A stretch of 64,000 nt of DNA from a virus (lineage: Duplodnaviria; Caudoviricetes): positions 13,451-77,450 of IMG/VR virus record IMGVR_UViG_3300017720_000003. One strand, given 5' to 3'. A model generated the notes under the pieces. It saw nothing but the letters and a program-made list of their open reading frames with translations, was not told the origin of the DNA and made no database searches. Positions 60,348 to 64,000 of the stretch are shown here, piece by piece. Made by a program: the position numbers and the translations under genes. The stretch's first letter is position 1, and each line of letters begins with the position of its first letter.

Positions 60348-60590
60348 TTATAATTTATTTCTTTCAAGAATAATTAACAACTCTTTGACATCAGATATAT
60401 TGTTAAATTGTATATTTCCTTCCAATATTTCAACCATCCATGATTCATCTTGAAGATTATCATGACTATTAGATATTAATTCAATACCACCCACTCTATA
60501 AGTGTAAAAATAAAATGGTGTATCTCCACTTTCATCAGCACTTACATTTACCTTTTTAAATCCTAATTTTTTAATGCTTGACTCTGTCAT
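60348..60590 (-). CDS. Hypothetical protein (80 aa)
   Basis: Intact ORF with start overlapping the upstream stop (ATGA). Confidence 0.6.
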   Translation of the reverse strand: MTESSIKKLGFKKVNVSADESGDTPFYFYTYRVGGIELISNSHDNLQDESWMVEILEGNIQFNNISDVKELLIILERNKL

Positions 60591-60733
60591 GTCTTCATAA
60601 CTATTTGATAAGCTAAATTATATAAAGTATTATCTGACTTATCTGGATTATTTGCTTTTAATCTATTTACTTCTTCTATCAATTTACTTTCTTGACCGTG
60701 TTCTGACGCACTTTTTATTAATTGATCTACCAT
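60587..60733 (-). CDS. Small hypothetical protein (48 aa)
   Basis: MVDQLIKSASEHGQESKLIEEVNRLKANNPDKSDNTLYNLAYQIVMKT*, translated by hand, overlapping both neighbours by a few bases. Confidence 0.55.
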   Translation of the reverse strand: MVDQLIKSASEHGQESKLIEEVNRLKANNPDKSDNTLYNLAYQIVMKT

Positions 60734-61017
60734 TTTACTTTATCAGCCCAATATGCAGCAGACATTTTACCTTTTTTAATATTTTTACCATGTCTTGCTT
60801 TAAAAGATTTACGTTTTGCTTTCATTCTAGCTGATTCACCCGCTTTAGGTTTGCCTGCTGTACTAGCACCTTGCTCTCCAAAACGTATAGTTTTAACTTT
60901 ATCTCCTACTTTAGCCACAACTACATGTGACTTTTTTGGATGTGATGGTGTGCGTTTAGGTTTATTATAACCTGACACACCAGCTCTTGTTAATCTACTA
61001 TCTTTTTTCTTTGCCAT
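60727..61017 (-). CDS. Small highly basic protein (96 aa)
   Basis: Start re-assigned to MAKKKDSRL. GYNKPKRTP...KSHVV...TIRFG...SFKARH...SAAYWADKVKW is a motif seen in marine phage proteins. Confidence 0.7.
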   Translation of the reverse strand: MAKKKDSRLTRAGVSGYNKPKRTPSHPKKSHVVVAKVGDKVKTIRFGEQGASTAGKPKAGESARMKAKRKSFKARHGKNIKKGKMSAAYWADKVKW

Positions 61018-61027
61018 GTTTTTTATT

Positions 61028-61354
61028 TTATGAGTCAGTACATAGATCATCACAATCTATACCATCTAATATTGTTTTTATTTCTGCATATGTTTCCGTA
61101 ACAATAATTGGTAATAAACCAACACCAGTATATATATATCTTAAATCTAAATATTTATTTGTAGGTATGTCATAATATTCTGTAACACCTATAATTTGTG
61201 TGGCATCTATATATAATGGTTGTGTTGTTATTTTTGGAGCAATCGGCACCCCATATATATCTGTTTGTACCTGACCACCTAATCCTGCAGCAGTTTGTAA
61301 TGTTGCCTGTGTTAATGTTACAAATTGTTTTTGATATATTGGTATTCTTGCCAT
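61028..61354 (-). CDS. Hypothetical protein (108 aa)
   Basis: Intact ORF ending IIVTETYAEIKTIL. Confidence 0.6.
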   Translation of the reverse strand: MARIPIYQKQFVTLTQATLQTAAGLGGQVQTDIYGVPIAPKITTQPLYIDATQIIGVTEYYDIPTNKYLDLRYIYTGVGLLPIIVTETYAEIKTILDGIDCDDLCTDS

Positions 61355-61397
61355 TTTTATTATATTGTATCTTTCTTTTTTGTTATATCAAATAATT

Positions 61398-62531
61398 TTA
61401 AGAGTCAATTGATGCACCTGATCTCAATGTTGTTGAATCTGTACATCTATATCTAAAACTTAATTCAACTGCAAAACTTCCAGTAGACATTTCATTAGTT
61501 GTAATTGTATTTGAAGTTGTAAGTGAATAGTTTGCAGAACGTATAAACTGAATATCATAAGCAGCTGCTCCAACTATATTAGGATTTGCTATGTATAATG
61601 CTGGAATAGCAGTTCCTGAATCACTAATGTTTACATATGATAGTATATCACCATTAAAAAATTGTCTTTGACTATGTATATCATAAGGAAATGCATCCTT
61701 AAGAACTAAAGCTTGAGTTAAATCAGTCTTTGTAAAAGTTCCTATGCTTATACTTAGATATACATCTACCATGTTACCAGTTCTAGTCCAATATCCATAT
61801 TGGTGATTATAATTAATACCAGATATTCCTGCAGATACTGAAGGTGTAATGGTACCTGTTGTTTGAGATATTCCACTACCTCCACCAGCAGTTGTTTCTA
61901 TAACATTTCCGCTAGCATCAACAGATAAATTATAAGTAGCTGTTCCAGTTTTACTACCAGATCCGTAGTCTACAAACTTAATAGATTTGTGTAAATCTAT
62001 TTCTTCTGATCCACTAGTAGTTTTTATTTCAATCATTGGGTTATTTCCAGCTGCTCCTAATTTAAGACCGGCACCACTATAGTTGTACATAAAACCAAAC
62101 CCATCACCATCATCATCCCAACCAAAAGAAACTTTATATTGACCATCTTGTTGTACTAAATACTCCGGATCTCCTGCTACAACTGAACTAGGTTTATTTA
62201 TAATAAATCTATCAGTATTTTCCATTCTCATCTGGTAAAGGCCATTACCTAATTGACCTTGTCTAAGCTGACTATCTCCAATTACACTATTTGCTCCATC
62301 TGTATATACTGGTAAAAACCCTGTAGTACCACTACCAGTAACTTCACCTACATCAAATGCAGATCTAAGATCTTTCATAGATATGAGTTCATTATACATT
62401 TTAGGTGTATTAAACATACTATCATCTGGATTAGGTCTTCTACCTAAAACAATGAAATCTGTATCTTCATATTTTTTTACTACTCTTTTACGGGATAATA
62501 ATCCCATCATATCTATTAGTATATTTCCCAT
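61398..62531 (-). CDS. Fibre-like structural protein (377 aa)
   Basis: VTGSGTTGFLPVYT...IGDS, LSVDASGNVIET and C-terminal YGYWTRTGNMVDV are fibre-type motifs. Confidence 0.6.
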   Translation of the reverse strand: MGNILIDMMGLLSRKRVVKKYEDTDFIVLGRRPNPDDSMFNTPKMYNELISMKDLRSAFDVGEVTGSGTTGFLPVYTDGANSVIGDSQLRQGQLGNGLYQMRMENTDRFIINKPSSVVAGDPEYLVQQDGQYKVSFGWDDDGDGFGFMYNYSGAGLKLGAAGNNPMIEIKTTSGSEEIDLHKSIKFVDYGSGSKTGTATYNLSVDASGNVIETTAGGGSGISQTTGTITPSVSAGISGINYNHQYGYWTRTGNMVDVYLSISIGTFTKTDLTQALVLKDAFPYDIHSQRQFFNGDILSYVNISDSGTAIPALYIANPNIVGAAAYDIQFIRSANYSLTTSNTITTNEMSTGSFAVELSFRYRCTDSTTLRSGASIDS

Positions 62532-62773
62532 TATCTTTTTTTACCTTTATGCAATCCGTGTTTAGCATGTTGTTTGCCTTTTTTAGTGGCAGCACGTTTC
62601 TTTTTATTTGCTGCAGCTAATTTAGCTTTTCCTTTTTTTGTACTCTTTAACTTCGAAATAGTTTTAGATGGTGCATACACTTCACCAGTTACAGAACTTT
62701 TCTTTCCGCTTGGTGTTCTCCACTTCTGCTTAGTCCATCTAGTAAGACTTTTTTGTTGTTTAGTTTTTGCCAT
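62531..62773 (-). CDS. Small basic protein (80 aa), DUF5872-like C-terminal half
   Basis: QKSLTRWTKQKWRT...GEVYAP motif. Confidence 0.6.
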   Translation of the reverse strand: MAKTKQQKSLTRWTKQKWRTPSGKKSSVTGEVYAPSKTISKLKSTKKGKAKLAAANKKKRAATKKGKQHAKHGLHKGKKR

Positions 62774-62958
62774 TATCTTGCAAATAATATTTTTATTGAA
62801 TAAATAACTAAAGCTGATAAAAGTAAATTCATTAATGGATCATTATTATCATTTACCACTTCTTTTTTTTGTTCATCTTTTCCTATTGAAGGTTTGGATG
62901 AACCACAAGTAAATAATAACATACAACATAACATTATTGAAATGATTTTTTTATTCAT
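62773..62958 (-). CDS. Putative small lipoprotein with C-terminal hydrophobic helix (61 aa)
   Basis: MNKK + hydrophobic stretch + LFT-C lipobox-like site. C-terminal LMNLLLSALVIYSIKILF. Confidence 0.55.
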   Translation of the reverse strand: MNKKIISIMLCCMLLFTCGSSKPSIGKDEQKKEVVNDNNDPLMNLLLSALVIYSIKILFAR

Positions 62959-63070
62959 TTTTTTTTACTTTTCCTTTTTTAGTTATTCTTAGTTGACCAA
63001 GATTAATTCTCATAAGAGTATTGTATGTATATCTAAAACGTTTAATTTTATCTTTTATAACCTTAATCAT
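62951..63070 (-). CDS. Possible 39-aa basic microprotein
   Basis: MIKVIKDKIKRFRYTYNTLMRINLGQLRITKKGKVKKNE*, with ATGA overlap to the upstream stop. Confidence 0.4.
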   Translation of the reverse strand: MIKVIKDKIKRFRYTYNTLMRINLGQLRITKKGKVKKNE

Positions 63071-63186
63071 TTTTTCTTTTTTGACATTGACTTAATTAAT
63101 CTGTCAATTTTAGCTGCTTGCCCTTTATGCATAGCAGACGCCTTTTTTAATTGGCTTGATATTTCTTTTAATTTTTTTGCATCCAT
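63067..63186 (-). CDS. 39-aa basic microprotein
   Basis: MDAKKLKEISSQLKKASAMHKGQAAKIDRLIKSMSKKKK*, with TAATG coupling to the upstream gene. Confidence 0.55.
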   Translation of the reverse strand: MDAKKLKEISSQLKKASAMHKGQAAKIDRLIKSMSKKKK

Positions 63187-63389
63187 TATTTCTTTGTTTT
63201 ATATCCTCCTCCGTTTGCTTTATAACGTTTTGCGAGCATTTGAGCTTTACGAGCAGACCATTGACCAGCACGTCCACCCTTACTTCCTGCTTTAATTGAA
63301 TTAAACAATCTTTTACGCATTGTGGGTTTAGTGTAATTACCACTACTATTAACTGTACTTTTCTTTTTACTTGATTTCTTAAGTGCCAT
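63186..63389 (-). CDS. Small basic protein (67 aa), DUF5872-like N-terminal half
   Basis: NYTKP...GSKGGRAGQWSARKAQMLAKRYKANGGGY. Confidence 0.65.
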   Translation of the reverse strand: MALKKSSKKKSTVNSSGNYTKPTMRKRLFNSIKAGSKGGRAGQWSARKAQMLAKRYKANGGGYKTKK

Positions 63390-63697
63390 TATGCTGTTGT
63401 TTTTGGATAAGCATTATCTAATATACTTTGAAGCTTTGCACATTTCTCATAGTCCTCAGTATCTATATAGTATGCTATCATATTTTCTAATTCTTCCTCT
63501 TTGGGTCCGTTGTCCGGATCATAAGACATTATAAATTCTTTACCACTATTAAATTCATGTTGTATCAATTCATCAAAAGTGATTTGCCCCGAAAGTATCA
63601 GCCACGAATTGTTATATGCTTGATCTAACAATATATCGTCCAACTGCTGCTGTTGTATTTTACCCATTATATCATCTGACTCATTAGATTCTGCCAT
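63389..63697 (-). CDS. Hypothetical protein with C-terminal UVR-like motif (102 aa)
   Basis: YIDTEDYEKCAKLQSIL resembles the UvrB/UvrC coiled-coil motif (EDYExAAxLRD). Confidence 0.55.
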   Translation of the reverse strand: MAESNESDDIMGKIQQQQLDDILLDQAYNNSWLILSGQITFDELIQHEFNSGKEFIMSYDPDNGPKEEELENMIAYYIDTEDYEKCAKLQSILDNAYPKTTA

Positions 63698-63731
63698 AAC
63701 ATTTATTTAAGTTAGTAACTCTTCTATAAGA

Positions 63732-63742
63732 ACAATATACTA
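63732..63742 (-). promoter_or_regulatory. Putative late promoter motif at the head of the minus-strand gene array
   Basis: Minus strand TAGTATATTGT upstream of the first minus-strand ORF. Confidence 0.45.
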
Positions 63743-63931
63743 AATTTAAAATTTCTATAAAAATTTTTGAGTCAGAACATGTCCCCCGCCTCATGTAAAA
63801 TTTGCTCACGCCCCCCTAAAAGTTATGTGTTTGGCGTGCTTAAGAGGTTCTAGCAATCTGATCCCCAGCTAAAAATTGGCACGGGGATACCCCCCGTTGC
63901 TTTAACAAGTATTAATTTAAATATAATAATT

Positions 63932-64000
63932 ATGTCAGTATTTTTTAGAAAATTAAGAGTAAATGATAGTACAGGAACAGCTACTATCATCGTAACAGAC
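63932..64000 (+). CDS. Start of a divergently oriented ORF (partial)
   Basis: AATTATG start, MSVFFRKLRVNDSTGTATIIVTD..., open to the window end. Confidence 0.5.
   Translation, partial: MSVFFRKLRVNDSTGTATIIVTD

Larger units (their letters stand above)
1..64000. mobile_element. crAss-like bacteriophage genome segment (late/virion gene module)
   Basis: Gene order TerL-portal-scaffold-like-MCP-ring proteins, IHF-like gene, tail stabilization protein, cargo proteins and a giant virion RNAP with zincin matches known Crassvirales organisation. No host housekeeping genes or integrase seen. Confidence 0.93.

Noticed and set aside
4002..63295. Short plus-strand ORFs in the supplied track (e.g. 5082, 14350, 38391, 41717, 51015)
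   Set aside because: All are antisense shadows of long minus-strand genes, with no recognisable motifs.
21590..63343. Alternative-frame minus-strand ORFs 21590-21796, 23011-23217, 55974-56198 and 63125-63343
   Set aside because: Nested in or overlapping better-supported genes, with no motif support.
63770..63900. tRNA or other known ncRNA in the GC-rich gap
   Set aside because: No cloverleaf or T-loop/D-loop arrangement could be built by eye.
1..64000. Stop-codon reassignment (TAG or TGA), as in some Crassvirales
   Set aside because: Genes are full length in code 11. TAG terminates MCP, TerL and the 493-aa gene at sensible positions.

Overview
AT-rich, gene-dense window from the genome of a crAss-like (Crassvirales-type) podophage, most likely infecting a Bacteroidota/Flavobacteriia host (A-rich leaders without Shine-Dalgarno sequences, TAnnTTTG-like elements). 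Nearly everything is on the minus strand and forms the late/virion module. From right to left: small basic proteins, an amidase endolysin, HU/IHF-like, Zn-binding and PD-(D/E)XK nuclease genes, GroES, large terminase, portal, a scaffold-like protein, major capsid protein, ring and auxiliary capsid proteins, Cys-rich structural proteins, fibres, a metallophosphoesterase, tail ring proteins, a 2127-aa tail stabilization/muzzle protein carrying a VWA insertion, ejected cargo proteins, and a >3550-aa zincin + virion RNA polymerase ORF that runs off the left edge and is missing from the supplied ORF track. The standard genetic code is used. No tRNA, rRNA, CRISPR array, intron or intein was recognised. 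Most striking: three adjacent cargo-region ORFs (13977-22301) are strings of unrelated modules (zincin, permuted papain-like and NlpC/P60 peptidases, short peptides) separated by a recurring (A/M/F/Y)-(Q/K/E/D)-x-G-G-like motif, suggesting protease-processed polyprotein payloads. Family assignments are from motif recognition by eye, not database searches.
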